From Chiloscyllium plagiosum (Eukaryota), in NCBI RefSeq assembly GCF_004010195.1, contig NC_057720.1:32255747-32319746 (forward strand): a stretch of 64,000 bases of DNA, read 5' to 3'. The position numbers and the translations under genes are program-made. The notes below the pieces were generated by a model. The model did no database searches. It was not told the origin of the DNA and saw only the letters and a list, made by a program, of their open reading frames with translations. Numbering within the stretch: position 1 is the first letter of the stretch; each line of letters starts with the position of its first letter. Below are positions 26,766 through 39,314 of the stretch, one piece after another.

Positions 26766-27989
26766 TATTTGTAAAAACCCTTTGGATTCTCCTTAATTCT
26801 ATTTGCCAAAGCTATCTCATGTCCCCTTTTTGCCCTCCTGATTTCCCTCTTAAGTATACTCCTACTTCCTTTATATTCTTCTAAGGATTCACTCGCTCTA
26901 TCCTGTCTATACCTTACATATGCTTCCTTCTTTTTCTTAACCAAACCCTCAATTTCTTTAGTCATTCAGCATTCCCTATCCCTACCAGTCTTCCCTTTTA
27001 CCCTAACAGGAATATACTTTCTCTGGATTCTCATTATCTCATTTCTGAAGGCTTCCCATTTTCCATCCATCCCTTTACCTGCGAACATCTGTCTCTAATC
27101 AGCTTTTGAAAGTTCTTGCCTAATACTGTCAAAATTGGCCTTTCTCTAATTTAGAACTTCAACTTTTAGATCTAGTCTATCCTTTCTCATCACTATTTAA
27201 AATCTAATAGAATTATGGTCGCTGGCCCCAGAGTGCTCCCCCACTGACACCTCAGTCACCTGTCCTGCCTTATTTACCAAGAGTAGGTCAAGTTTTGCAC
27301 CTTCTCTAGTAGGTACATCCACATACCAGATCAGAAAATTTTCTTGTACGGTCTTAATAAATTCCTCTCCATCTAAACCCTGAACACTATGGCAGTCCCA
27401 GTCTATGTTTGGAAAGTTAAAATCCCCGAGCATAACCACCCTATTATTCTTACTGATAGCTGAAATATCATAGAACATAGAACAATACAGCACAGAACAG
27501 GCCCTTCGGCCCACGATGTTATGCCAAACATTTGTCCTAGCTTAAGCACCTATCCATGTTCCTATCCAATTGCCACTTAAAGGTCACCAATGATTCTGAC
27601 TCTGCCACTCCCACAGGCAGCGCATTCCATGCCCCCACCACTCTCTGGGTAAAGAACCTACCCCTGACATCCTCCCTATACCTTCCAGCCTTCACCTTAA
27701 ATTTATGTCCCCTTGTAATACTCTGTTGTATCCGGGGAAAAAGTTACTGACTGTCTACTCTATCTATTCCCCTGATCATCTTATAAACCTTTATCAAGTC
27801 ACCCCTCATCCTTCGCCGTTCCAATGAGAAAAGGCCTAGCACTCTCAACCTATCCTCGTACGACCTATTCTCCATTCCAGGCAACATCCTGGTAAATCTT
27901 CTCTGCATGTGGCATATTGAGGCCTTTACATGGCCAGAGCTTCATTCCAACCCTGTCATCATTTTATTCGCAAGAGAGGGCAGCTGAGG

Positions 27990-28355
27990 AAGTAAGGTGG
28001 TGGCATAGTAGTTATGCCATTGGGCTAGTCATTTAGAGCCCTGAAAAATACTCTGGGGATGTGGGTTTGAAATCCCCCCCCCCCATGCCAGATATTGAAA
28101 TTTGTATCTGGAATTAAAAGTAAACATAATGGCGAACATGTAACCACTGTTGATTGTCATAAAAATCCACCTTTTGTGACAGAAATCTGCTGTCCTTACC
28201 TGGTCTGGTCTATGGGTAACTCCAGACCCACAGTATTATGGTTGATTTTTAACTGTCTTCTGAAATAGTCAAGCAAGCCACTCAAGGGCAATTAGGCATG
28301 GGAAATAAATGTTGGCCTAAGGCAGTGATACCCACATCCCATGACTGAACAAAAT
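27990..28355 (+). mobile_element. Decayed tRNA-derived SINE sharing its 3' tail with the LINE at 24180
   Basis: A-box-like ggtggcatagtagtt, B-box-like gggtttgaaatcc; tail aataaatgttggccta...cccacatcccatga matches the reverse complement of 24185-24225. Confidence 0.7.
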
Positions 28356-28605
28356 GAATTAGGCAGCCCATTTGTTTTCTAAATAAAAATTAAGTAAGCT
28401 GTTGTAAGGCAAATTAATGGTGAAATTCTTTTGAAAATCCCCTGTGCCTGACTCAAGATCATGCCCCATTGAACTTGCTCACTGGCGTCTCATATCTGGC
28501 ACTGCACTGTCACATCCCTCAATGGGGTCTACCAGTCAGTGACCACTGTTTAAAACTGGTGTTTCTGGGACTACAGAGTTACCAGTCAATTTGATTGGTT
28601 GGCAG

Positions 28606-28700
28606 CTGAAAATGTGTTGCTGGAAAAGCGCAGCAGGTCAGGCAGCATCCAAGGAGCAGGAGAATCGACGTTTCGGGCATGAGCCCTTCTTCAGGAATGG
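28606..28700 (-). mobile_element. Penelope-like element terminal fragment with intact hammerhead core
   Basis: Minus strand attcCTGAAGAagggctcatgcccGAAACGTCgatt. Confidence 0.9.
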
Positions 28701-30819
28701 CAGCTTTATAAAGTGAACCGTCCTCCTCAGATGAGTGTGAATATCTTGGCCTGAGCTAACCCTCAGGCCTAAATGACTGCAGGGCTGAGAACACCTTGTC
28801 CCACAACTCCACCAATCTTTGTATCATCTGCAAATTTACTGACCCACCCCTCGGCTCCCTCATCCAAGTCATTAATAAAAATTACGAACAGCAGAGGACC
28901 CAGAACTGATCCCTGCGGGACTCCACTTGTAACTGGGCTCCAGGCTGAATATTTACCATCTACCACCACTCTCTGCCTTCGACCGGTTAGCCAGTTCTCT
29001 GTCCAACTGGCCAAATTTCCCACTATCCCATGCCTCCTGACTTTCCGCATAAGCCTACCATGGGGAACCTTATCAAATGCCTTACTAAAATCCATGTCCA
29101 CTACATCCACTGCTCTACCCTCATCCACATGCTTGGTCACCTCCTCAAAGAATTCAATAAGACTTGTAAGGCAAGATCTGCCCCTCACAACTCCGTGCTG
29201 GCTGTCCCTAATCAAGCAGTGTCTTTCCAGATTTCATAAATCCTATCCCTCAATACCCTTTCCATTACTTTGCCTACCACTGAAGTAAGACTAACTGGCC
29301 TGTAGTTGGTGGGGTTATCCCTATTCCCTTTTTTGAACAGGGGCGCAACATTTGCCACTCTCCAGTCCCCTGGTACCATCCCCGTTGACAGTGAAGACGA
29401 AAAGATCATTGCCAATAGCTCTGCAATTTCCTCTCTTGCTTCCCACATAATCCTAGGATATATCCCGTCAGGCCCAGGGGACTTGTCTATCCTCAAGTTT
29501 TTCAAAATGCCCAACACATCTTCCTTCCTCACAAGTATCTCCTCTAGCTTACCAGTCAGTTTCATACTCTCCTCTTCAACAATACGGCCCCTCTCATTTG
29601 TAAATACAGAAGAAAAGTACTCATTCAAGACCTCTCCTATCTCTTCCGACTCAATACACAGTCTCCCACTACTGTCCTTGATCGGACCTACCCTTGTTCT
29701 CGACATTCTCATGTTTGTCACATACGCATAAAAGGCCTTGGGGCTATCCTTAATCCTACCCCCCAAAGAATTTTCATGCCCTCTCTTAGCTGCCCTCTCT
29801 TATCCTTACAAGTTTGTTTCTCAATTTCCCTCTGACTATTAGGGGGTCTATAATACAATCCCAATAAGATGATCATCCCTTTCTTATTTCTCAGTTCCAT
29901 CCAAATAACATCCCTGGATGTATTTCCAGGAATATCCTCCCTCAGCACAGCTGTAATGCTGTTTCTTATCAAAAACGTCACTCACCCTCCTCTCTTGCCT
30001 CCCTTTCTGTCCTTCCTATAGCATTTGTATTCTGGAACATTAAGCTGCCAGTCCTGCCCATCCCTGAGCCATGTTTCTGTAATTGCTATGATATCCCAGT
30101 CCCATGTTCTTAATCATGCCCTGAGTTCATCTGCCTTCCTTGTTAGGCCCCTTGCATTGAAATAAATGCAGTTTAATTTATTAGTCCTACTTTGTCTCTG
30201 CCTCCCCTGACTGTTGACTCACTTCTGTTCTCAACTGTACCAGTCTCAGGTTGATCTCTTTCCTCACTATCTCCCTGGGTCCCACCCCCACCTTACTAGT
30301 TTAAATCCTCCCAAGCAGTTCTAGCAAATTTCCCTGCCAGTATATTAGTCCCCTTCCAATTTAGGTGCAATCCGTCCTTCTTGTACAGGTCACTTCTTCC
30401 CCAAAAGAGATTCCAATGATCCAAAAATGTGAATCCTTCTCCCATACACCAGCTCCTCAGCCAAGCATTCATCTGCCCTATCCTCCTATTCCTGCTCTCA
30501 CTAGCTCGTAGCACCGGGAGTAATCCAGATATTACTACCCTTGCGGACCTCCTTTTTAAATTCCTGCCTAACTCTCTGTAATCGCCCTTGAGAATCTCTC
30601 TTGCTGGCCCCTCTCCCCCTTGAGAACATTCTGCGCCCTCTCTGAGACATCCTTGATCCTGGCACCAGGGAAGCAACACACCATTCTGATTTTTAATATA
30701 AATGTTACTTGCCACTTCTCAGTCCAAGCCTGGATATTGAAAATGAGCTGATTTAATGTTTGAGGAGTCGCAAATGGTGCTGAACATTGTGCAATCATTA
30801 GCGAAGATCCCCACTTCAA

Positions 30820-31120
30820 CTCAAACTAGAATAAAGGGACACTCATTTAAAATTGAGATGCAAAGTAAGGTTTTCTCTCAGGGTAGTGAATGGCTGGAAT
30901 TCTCTACCACTGAGAGTTGTGGAAGCTAGATCACTGGAAGTATTTAAAGATGAAGTAGATAGATTTTAAAATATTGAGGGGTTGAGGACTATGAGGAGCT
31001 GGCGTGAAGGAGAATTTGAGGCCTGGGTTAGATCAGTTCTGATCTTATAGCTCAGCAGGGCAGGCTTGGGGGGCTGAATGGCCTGCTCCTGTTCCTATTT
31101 CTTATTTTCACTCTGATCTT
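30820..31120 (+). mobile_element. Old CR1 3' end
   Basis: actagaataaagggacactcatttaaaattgagatg...ctgctcctgttcctatttctta. Confidence 0.7.
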
Positions 31121-31489
31121 ATGATGGATGGTAAGTCACAGATGAAACAGCTGAAAATTGTATGACATAGGACACAACGCTGAGGAACTCCTGCAGTGAT
31201 GTCTTGGTGCTAGGATGATTAATGTCTAACAATCACAACCATCTTCTTTCATGTTAGATTTGATCCTCACCAGTAGAGATTTTGCCCCCGATTCCCATTG
31301 ATTCCAATTTTGCTGGGGCTTCTTGATGCTACTACTGGTCAAATGCTGCTTTGAAGTGAAGGTCAGCTTGGTTTGGACCATTTGCGATCACTTGCTGAAT
31401 TTGGAAGGCAGTGTTACTCACATGATAGTGAGGTCTGAGATGAATTGTAGCCTGTTTACAATAAGACTGCCACAGTTATGGAGCATGTT

Positions 31490-31765
31490 GTTGCAGTCCC
31501 TCTGGATGTGCAACATGACAGGCAAATGAGACTTCAGAAAGGGACTGTCCAAGAGGGAGAAGGAGGAAGTTCTGCCCACCAAATGTTTTCAGGGAGCTTA
31601 TCTCCTTCCACCTCAGCCAGCAGCAATGCCTGTGGTACCTATAATTCACCAGGGAGGTGGTCATAGAATAATTCACAGCAGGGGAAGGAAGACATTATGC
31701 ATGGCTGTCAAGGTCATTATCACCCTCTACACCTTTTCAATAGTTTTCCAGCAGAAGGAAGTAGC
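31490..31765 (+). pseudogene. PIF/Harbinger transposase (HARBI1-like) N-terminal remnant
   Basis: VFRELISFHLSQQQCLWYL*FTREVVIE, then RKTLCMAVKVIITLYTF..VFQ; resembles the C..RLRF.R / L.VAVKV..AL.F..GSFQ region. Confidence 0.6.
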
Positions 31766-34357
31766 ATTGCAAACTTTTCCCTTAACTGTGGGAATGGAAG
31801 AAGATGCAATATCATAATGGACAAGAAGCCTTTACAATTCCAGTACACTTTGCCATTGACATACAGAGATTGCAGATTCAGGGGCTCTGAATTAATAACT
31901 CTGAATTATAGAGAAACCTGCTACCCTGGAAAAGTAGCATGTTCACTCCCCCAGTTTCTCTGTGCTTGAAGAAGCAAACAGTGACCTATTTTCTTCTGGC
32001 ATAGATTATCACCATCACCTCCAGATTCAGTCCATACAGTTCAGTGCCTGATGTTATGAACTAGAGGTCCTGTAGGGGCTGCTCCACAGTTGCCATTAGT
32101 GTAATTCTTTTCAAAGATATAAATGACATTTCACCACTGGGTGTCATCATATTCAAAGTATCCTTATTTGAATGTATTATGGCTCCTATATATTAATTCT
32201 GTGAGTAAATTAGTTTTATGCAGGTTACTCTGGTGAAAATCCTGAGTAATGTTGATGTAATTTCAACTGGCATGCATTCAAACTTGAATTTTCATTTAGA
32301 AATCCACCTGAGAAATAAAAATTACAATAACGTGCAAATATATTTTTAAACTATAAACTGAAGAATGCAATTCCCAGCAGTTTTAAGAAATTTTGTCAAA
32401 GATACGTTTTGACTGCTACAGCAAAAGCTTTATATTTCTTTATTCATCTTTGCATTTTTTTTCAGTAAACTCCCTACTCTTCAGTTTTATTTTCTTGGGA
32501 ATGATTTCTTTCTCTTACACTTTCATTTGTATCTATCAAGGAGAGAGACATTCACTCATCAGAAAGGACATCAATGTGGCACCTAGTGACCCCTTTAAAG
32601 GAAGTTTAAATAAAATGCATTGGACAAATTGATTCACCAGGCAGATTCAAACCATGGACTCCATAGCTTCAATCATATGTTATCAGATTTGATAGATCAT
32701 CTGAAACATTTAGGTAAGGCATTTTCCCTCAGTGATGAAACATTTTGAAGGATAGTCAGCCACTGACACATTTGTAGAGGGTGACTTGAAAATGGTTAAA
32801 CTCATGAACAGCCAGGAAGCAAATCTCATGCAACCTTTTCTCATTTAAAGAATACTTTCTAAATGCAGAATTCATAATAAAAAATGCCTCTTTTTCCAAG
32901 TTCACCATGTTTATAGAAAGTCAGATCAATTCTTTCCCAGAATTCTTTTGACTGATGTTCCCCTGAATACATATTTTGTGAAACACATTAAACACAGCTT
33001 CAAATTCTTGCTAAATTAATTACAGTAATCAATCTTTCTGTTTGTGACTCGAAAACATATAGAAAAAACAGATGTTTGCAAACGCAAAAAGAAATAGCTA
33101 TTGATGGCTCTGACATCAATGCCTGGGTCTGCCTATGCCTTTCCCTTCTGTTATCAGGCTTTGATTTCTACTCAACAGAGTACAGAGTTTATGTGTATGA
33201 GCATCACATAAACTAGGATAATGACAGAGACACACACTGAGCAAATTGTGTGTTAGCCACAGGGAACCCAGGGGAAAGGCAGCTGTCACGGCCTACAGCT
33301 TGGGTGGTCCATTCAGCTGTGTTTATGATCCCAGCCAATGAGATTGTGATGCTTGTTCTGAGGAACTGAATCTGGTTTAGAAGTGCTTCAGGCCGTGATG
33401 GGAAGTCAAGCTGCAAATCTGGGATTTCTGGAGGCGTTCAGCTCACCTCCTGAGCTCAACATTTCATCTAAATTAGCCAATTTAAAGTGATTGAACTGCA
33501 TGCAAATACAACAGTATGCCTTTTCTTACATAGTGGAACATCGGGACTGAGATTTTAACCCTTTCAGTGAAGCAAGACATTTGTCATTGAAACAAAATTA
33601 ATTGAGAAAACACCAAAATGACTTTGCAGACACCCAGTTTGGGTGGAATGTGATATGAGAGCCAACATTTTTTAAATATAAAGTCAGTCTGTCTTCTTGA
33701 CTGTAAGGAAAGTAGGTAGCTTTCCTCAAAGGGGGAATAAAAAAATGCATGGATCTTTCTCATCCATCAGACATAGTCGAAGGCAAAGAGAAAATAAACT
33801 GTAACTCTCCCAGATCTTGTGTGAATAGGTATCTGCCTGCATTTCCTGCTGAGCAATGGCATTTACAGTGCAGGAGAGAAGAGAAAAAAAAGCAATGAAT
33901 TTGTAATTATTTACCATTTTCTCCCTCATGCAGTCCTAGCCATTGTCCCTGTAAATAACTTGCTCTTCAAAAACTGTATTTTATAGAGGTGATTCAGACC
34001 TATTGGGTAGATAGCTGGAGAGACATCAATTATTTTTCCTGTGAAATTCATAATTTAAAGGGTCAACATAGTTTTAACTGTGACTGAGTTCTTGCATGTG
34101 TACGGCACAAGTGCCAACAGCATATTTCCCCAATCAATTAACAAAATGTGGACAAGGTCATGTGAGATAAAACAAAGGTTATTTGAATAATTTACTCATA
34201 CTCTAAGAATTTTATTAAAACATGTTTCTCAAAATTTTGAGGGTTTTCATGGTATTCATGTCAGAGTGGATTGCAAAAGGTTAAATAAATTTAAATTCAA
34301 AGCCCACGAGCACAACATACACTAAGCCTTGACTCTCATCTGCTACCTTTTTTTCTT

Positions 34358-34500
34358 GATGTGAAAGTGCCGGTGTTCGACTAGGATGGACAAAATCAGA
34401 AATCACATGACACCAGATTATAGTCCAACAGTTTTATCTGAAACCACAAGTTTTCGGAGCACCGCTCCTTCGTCAGGTGTCTTGTGACTTCTGACTTCAT
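34358..34500 (-). mobile_element. Penelope-like element end (family B) with hammerhead core and short fold-back
   Basis: Minus strand cacCTGACGAaggagcggtgctccGAAAacttgtg; aaatcagaaatcacatgacac versus gtgtcttgtgacttctgactt. Confidence 0.8.
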
Positions 34501-34939
34501 TTTTCTTCAGATCCTGATGTGGACTCTGAAGCAGCCCAGTACAGCATAGACCTTCCCATTCTCCCTACCCCTCCCTCACTTCTGATAGTTTGCATTGCCC
34601 ATAATGGGCTTTGCATGTCAATATCGAATTGGTTGCATAAGTATTTTTTTCTGGTGGTGGTTGCTAGTTAAAAACATCCTACCCTCATGAGCTAAACATT
34701 TATATAAATCAAAACAGAGAAAGTTTTAAAAAGTAAAGCAGACCCACCCCTTCCCGCTCTCCCTACCTCATCCTCATTTTTGATGGTTAGCATTGCCCTA
34801 AGTGGGTTTTGAATGTTAATATCCAATCGTCTACATGGGTGATTTATTGGTGGCAGTAAATAAAGGAAGGAAAAAAATGTCATGGTGATTTGGTGGTGGT
34901 GGTTTGTTGTTTGTAAGAGCACTTCTGGATACAAAAGAA

Positions 34940-35068
34940 ATAAGCGGACGCAGGGGTGGGTCTGTAGAACTGTCTAGCCTGGCCTTTGTGTGCCATGAGT
35001 AGTAGCGATATTTTGGTATTCAATAATGAATGATTTTCCTTTCCATTCAAGCTGCCTGAGTTATTACA
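34940..35068 (+). repeat. Partial 5' LTR of the ancient Gypsy, followed by a TGG-starting PBS-like sequence
   Basis: gacgcaggggtgggtctgtagaactgtc...tattttggtattcaata...ttaca aligns with 40920-41060. Confidence 0.7.
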
Positions 35069-35435
35069 TTGGCAAGGAGAGTCAAGAAGAGCTTCAGCCA
35101 GCCTTGCCTTTCCCCAAACCCTGTGCAACCATATCAGGGAAATATTGGAAATGCCACTGTTTGGCAAACTGGAATGTTTTGATGTGGGTGTGAGAGATTG
35201 GCCCCAGTAAGCTGAAAGAATGGGATAAAAACTTCTTTCTGGCAAACAGAATAGAAGGGGATAAATCACTCTCCTGACTGCTTGTCGGGTCCTGACTTTC
35301 AACACGTAACAAGTTTAACAAACTGATAGATTGGGACCTCTACAACCCCAAACCATCTGTAATACTGCAGTGTTAGAGGTTTAACATGGCAGATTTGCTG
35401 GGAAACCAGTTACAGAATTCTTGATGAGACTAATA

Positions 35436-35540
35436 GGTCTGGGTGGATTACTCTTCGGAGGGTCGGTGTGGACTTGTTGGGCCGAAAGGCTTGTTTTCAT
35501 ACTGTAGAGAATCTGATCTAATCTGATCTAATCTAATCTT
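35436..35540 (+). mobile_element. HE1 SINE 3' fragment
   Basis: ctcttcggagggtcggtgtggacttgttgggccgaa...(atcta)n; matches 42900-42980. Confidence 0.85.
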
Positions 35541-35584
35541 TACAAATTGATGTAACACTGCATATATAGGTCAGCACTTTGGAA

Positions 35585-36295
35585 AATGAATGAATGAAGG
35601 AATGATGATTTATTGTCACTTGTATTCTATAATGAACAGCACCGTAAAGCTCAGTGAAAAGCTTCAACTGTCTGCACAATCCGGTGCCACTTTGAATAGT
35701 TTAAGGATAAAAAGAATGAAAAGATATACCTTGAAAGATCCACAACCTCCATCACGAGTTCTGAGTCCTGAGCAGGCTCACCAACAACACCTGCACCACC
35801 TCCCCTCTGCCACCTACTTCGGGTCTACCAACATTGGAGTCGCCACTCTTAAGGCACCATCTACTTGTCACAGATGGGCTGCTAATGCCAGGTCCCATGC
35901 TGGACTCCCACTTGCCCTGCAACCAGGAGTCTCCAGCTCCACTGTCCCTGCTGCCTCACCAAGATTCCTGCTCCGGCCAGGATAACCAGGAGTCCCCTGC
36001 ACTGGGCATATCATAACCAGGAGCTATTGCTGCCACCCCGCCAATAACCAGGAGTCCCTGGCTCTGAGCCTACCATCACCAGGGATCCCTGGCTCTGCTG
36101 CCAGGTCAGGATGTACCTCGCCAAGAGTCGTGCTCAGGCCACCCTCCTCCGATATGTCACTGCCGTCACTGCCGGCAGGAAGAAGATGAAGAAAAGAAAA
36201 AGAAAGAAGACAGAATGGGTAAGGAAGCAGCTGGTCTGGAGTGGGCGGACTCATGAGCCTAAACACTGCCTGCTTTGCCAGCACCATCACCTTGG
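35585..36295 (-). mobile_element. Non-autonomous retroposon with Rex1-like 3' tail, copy 2 (uninterrupted)
   Basis: Minus strand: leader, polypyrimidine tract, (GGGACTCCTGG) repeats, ttttcactg...tacaagtgacaataaa...(ttca)n. Confidence 0.75.
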
Positions 36296-38602
36296 AATGT
36301 CTGGGTGATCTGTTGAAGGACGTAACCTGCTAAATGTTAAGGGATCACTTACTTTGTGTAATTAATAATAATGTGACCTAAAGAAAGCTGGACTAGATCT
36401 GGACATCAAGAAAGCCATAGAACTACCCCTTTCCCATGCAAACATGGGAAAAAGGTCTCAGGAACTTCAGGGGTCCCTAGTCGGCGCTGTCCTCAATCCT
36501 GAGTGAATCCCACATCGCACAGCCAAATGCCCAGCTGACAATACTCTTGGCTCTCATTGATTGCCAAGGAAGGGTGATTGGAGTCAGGGGCTACAAGGTT
36601 CCAGAACTGGATGGGAAGTTTCCCCACATCACAGTGAGGAGCAAGAACATCCATGCTGCACTTGTGGTCATAGAGTTCACCCCAGCCAATGCCACTGAAA
36701 CACACAAAATACATACAGCCCAGGCTGAAGGACAAAGCCACCTCATGACAGGGCTTTGCAAATATATCAGTCTGAAGATGGGGAATTGATACAGCTAAGT
36801 TGCGTCACGGCTCCTAAAGTGACCTCAATTAATATAAACTTTAGGCAAATGGTTACCCCTTAGATATGGAGGTAAACACAAGTTGTATCTATTGTTGGTG
36901 AGATAAACCTCAGGAAACTCCAGTGGGGCATTATGCCTTTAAGCTTGCAAGATGCCAAGGCTAGATTGGCCACATGCACCAGGAAGCCATTATGTATTAC
37001 TGGGACCACTGTAACCCCAATTACATTGGGTCAACAGACAGTCCAACTCCACCTTAATGGTGGTGCACAGGCCAGATCCCAACCTTTTGGGAGGGGACTG
37101 GCTACAGAAAATCCACCTGGATTGGCAGCAGATCTTTAAAATGGGCACAGGTGATCTACATGAAGTCATTGGGAAGTATGCCAATGTATTCCAAGAGGAC
37201 CTGGGGAGGATGAAAGGCACCAGTGCCAAGATCTACATAGACGCAGAGACATGACCTAAATATTTCAAGGCATGGCCAGTCTTCTATCCTCTATGTGCCA
37301 GTGTAGAGGCCAAATTGGAATGTCTAGAGGGACTTGGCATCATATGCCCAGTCCAATTTGTTGAATGGCCCATGCCAGTACTCCCACTTTTAAACCCTGA
37401 CAACTCAATCTGTCTCTGTGAGGATTATAAATTGTCGGTCAACAGAATTTACCATTTAGACAGATACCCTGTGCCATGAATAGAAGACTTGTATGCAAAG
37501 CTTGGCTGTGGTCACACATTTTCCAAGTTGGATATGAGCCAAGCCTACCTCCAACAGGACCTCTAGGAAGAACATCACTATAAATATTCACAAAGAACAA
37601 TATGAGTACATTCATTTGCCTTTTGAATTGTCTTCAGTTTGCACCATCTTTCAAAGGGTGAGGGAGAACATCCTCCAAGTGGTGCCTAGACAGCCAGTCT
37701 GTCAGGATGATGTTTTAACCTCAGAAGCTATGCAAAAGAACATTTGGAGAGTTTGGAAGAGGGTTTGCAATGTTTTTCTGTGGCTGACATCAGGCTGAGA
37801 GGAGAAAATCATGTGTTCAAGGTAAATGAGGTAACACACCTCAGACAGATTACACCCTGTTGAAGAGAAGATAAAGGCCATAAAAAAGACTCCAACTCCA
37901 AGGAACACTACAGAGTTGTAGATTTTTCTAGGTCTCGTGAATTAATAAGGGAAATTCATGCCCAACTTGGTGATCCTGCTGGTACCCTTCCATGTCGTGC
38001 CTAAAAAAAAAGAGAAATGGTTAAGGCGAATGTCACAAGAGAAAACCTTTGCAAACGTCAAACAACAACTACTGTTGACAAATATATTAGCTCATTACCA
38101 CCTTTGAGTTTACTCATTGTAACCTTCGAAGTCTCCCTTTGTGTGATAGAGCCAGTATTATTGCACTGTTCGGTTGATGATAAAGAATAACCAATCACAA
38201 ATGTATCACAAACACTGAAGGAGGTGGAAAGGAAGTACAGTATAGCCATATCAAGAAAGAAGGTTTGGCCATAATGAAAAGGATCCATCAGTACATCTGC
38301 AGTTGGCCATAGTAACTGATCACAAACCTCTGCTGAACGTCTTCAAGGAAGATTCTTCCCTTCACATAACTCAGATCCAGCATTGGGCACTGCTATTAGG
38401 TGCCTATAAATATATCTTGGAACAGTATCCATGGAGGCATGTAGCCAATGTGGATGGCTTGAGCCACCTGCCGCTACCCATCACCCTACCTTCACCTCTG
38501 AACATGGATGAGGTCATCACAACTTTAAATTTCATGGGCCAAGAATCTGCCAAGCAACTGGGACTTGGACATAAAAGGAGCCTATGCTGGCAAACCTACA
38601 AC

Positions 38603-39314
38603 CTTCTTGTCCAAAATGGCGGCAGAGTAAGACACTCCAGCTGGAGCTCATCCGCTCCACCTGTTCTTCTTCATCTTTTCTTCTCCATCTTTTCTTCTCC
38701 TATTTTCTTCTTAATGCTTTTTTTCTTCTTCCCTGCCAGCGTCCAATGACTCCCAGCCTCCAGCGATGATTCCTGGCCTCTGAATACTTCCAGCCTTCAA
38801 TGATTGATGACCTCCTGGCCTGGCGCAGCAGCCTCCCATAGTGGCCTCTCCGCATGACACGGCAACTGACAGGTTTCCCATAGCAGCCTCCCATAGCGGC
38901 CTCCCATAGCAGCCTCCCAGCGGAGCATGGTGGCCTACCAGCCTGGTGTAACAATCTGTCCACCAATTGTAGCAGCCTGCCAGAGCAGCCTCCCAGCATG
39001 GTGTCCTAAGCCCAGCATGGTGGTATGAAGTGATCTCCCGATCCTCAAGGTGAAGCCTGGTGCAGTCTGGAGCCAGGGCCCTGTGCAGACTGGAGTCTAG
39101 GTGCCACCGTAGTGTGGGTTGGAAGACCACTGTTCTGAACTGTTATTTCTGTGACACTGGGCATTCTATTTCTCTTTTTTCTAAGAATTTGTAACTGAAA
39201 GAGTTGTACCTAGGTATTTTTGTATCTAAGTGGTGCTGTACATGGCAACATATAAACTTTTCACTATACTAATTGAGTATATATGACAATAAAGGCTAAT
39301 TCAATTCAATTCAA
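38603..39314 (+). mobile_element. Related non-autonomous retroposon with Rex1-like tail, copy 3 (sister subfamily)
   Basis: Starts cttcttgtccaaaatggcggc; polypyrimidine tract; (cagcctcccatag) repeats; ends cttttcact...tgacaataaa..(ttcaa)3; interrupts Gypsy pol between RH and IN. Confidence 0.7.

Larger units (their letters stand above)
27468..29790 (-). mobile_element. Second CR1 subfamily (TTCTATG tail) inserted into the first; RT well preserved; internal segment replaced by 27909-28800
   Basis: ORFs 28769-29215 ([18 protein letters not shown]) and 29212-29766; atagaacatagaac tail at 27468; host LINE resumes at tatccttacaag. Confidence 0.9.
25160..30692 (-). mobile_element. Near-full-length CR1/HER1-like LINE (esterase ORF1, APE, RT; gap inside), interrupted at 27468-29790
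   Basis: ORFs 30296-30715 (esterase), 29718-29981 and 27197-27514 (APE: GDFNFPNIDW, SDHN), 25180-26965 (RT and C-terminus). Confidence 0.92.
24180..31380 (-). mobile_element. Old CR1/L2-type LINE 3' region hosting later insertions (pieces 24180-24798, 25052-25159, 30695-30820, 31120-31380)
   Basis: Tail gatgtgggcatcattggctaggccagcatt; IQAWTEKWQVTF in ORF 30568-30819; pieces join across the insertions. Confidence 0.65.

Noticed and set aside
25982..26965. Long ORFs of 327 and 242 aa
   Set aside because: They run through an N gap; the flanks are CR1 ORF2
28773..29731. Plus-strand ORFs of 171 and 141 aa (also 14056-14457 and 62205-62570)
   Set aside because: Antisense shadows of CR1 reverse transcriptase
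33000..33960. Unique AT-rich sequence with homeobox-like TAAT motifs and an AG acceptor at about 33933
   Set aside because: No open exon follows, and regulatory function cannot be supported without alignment
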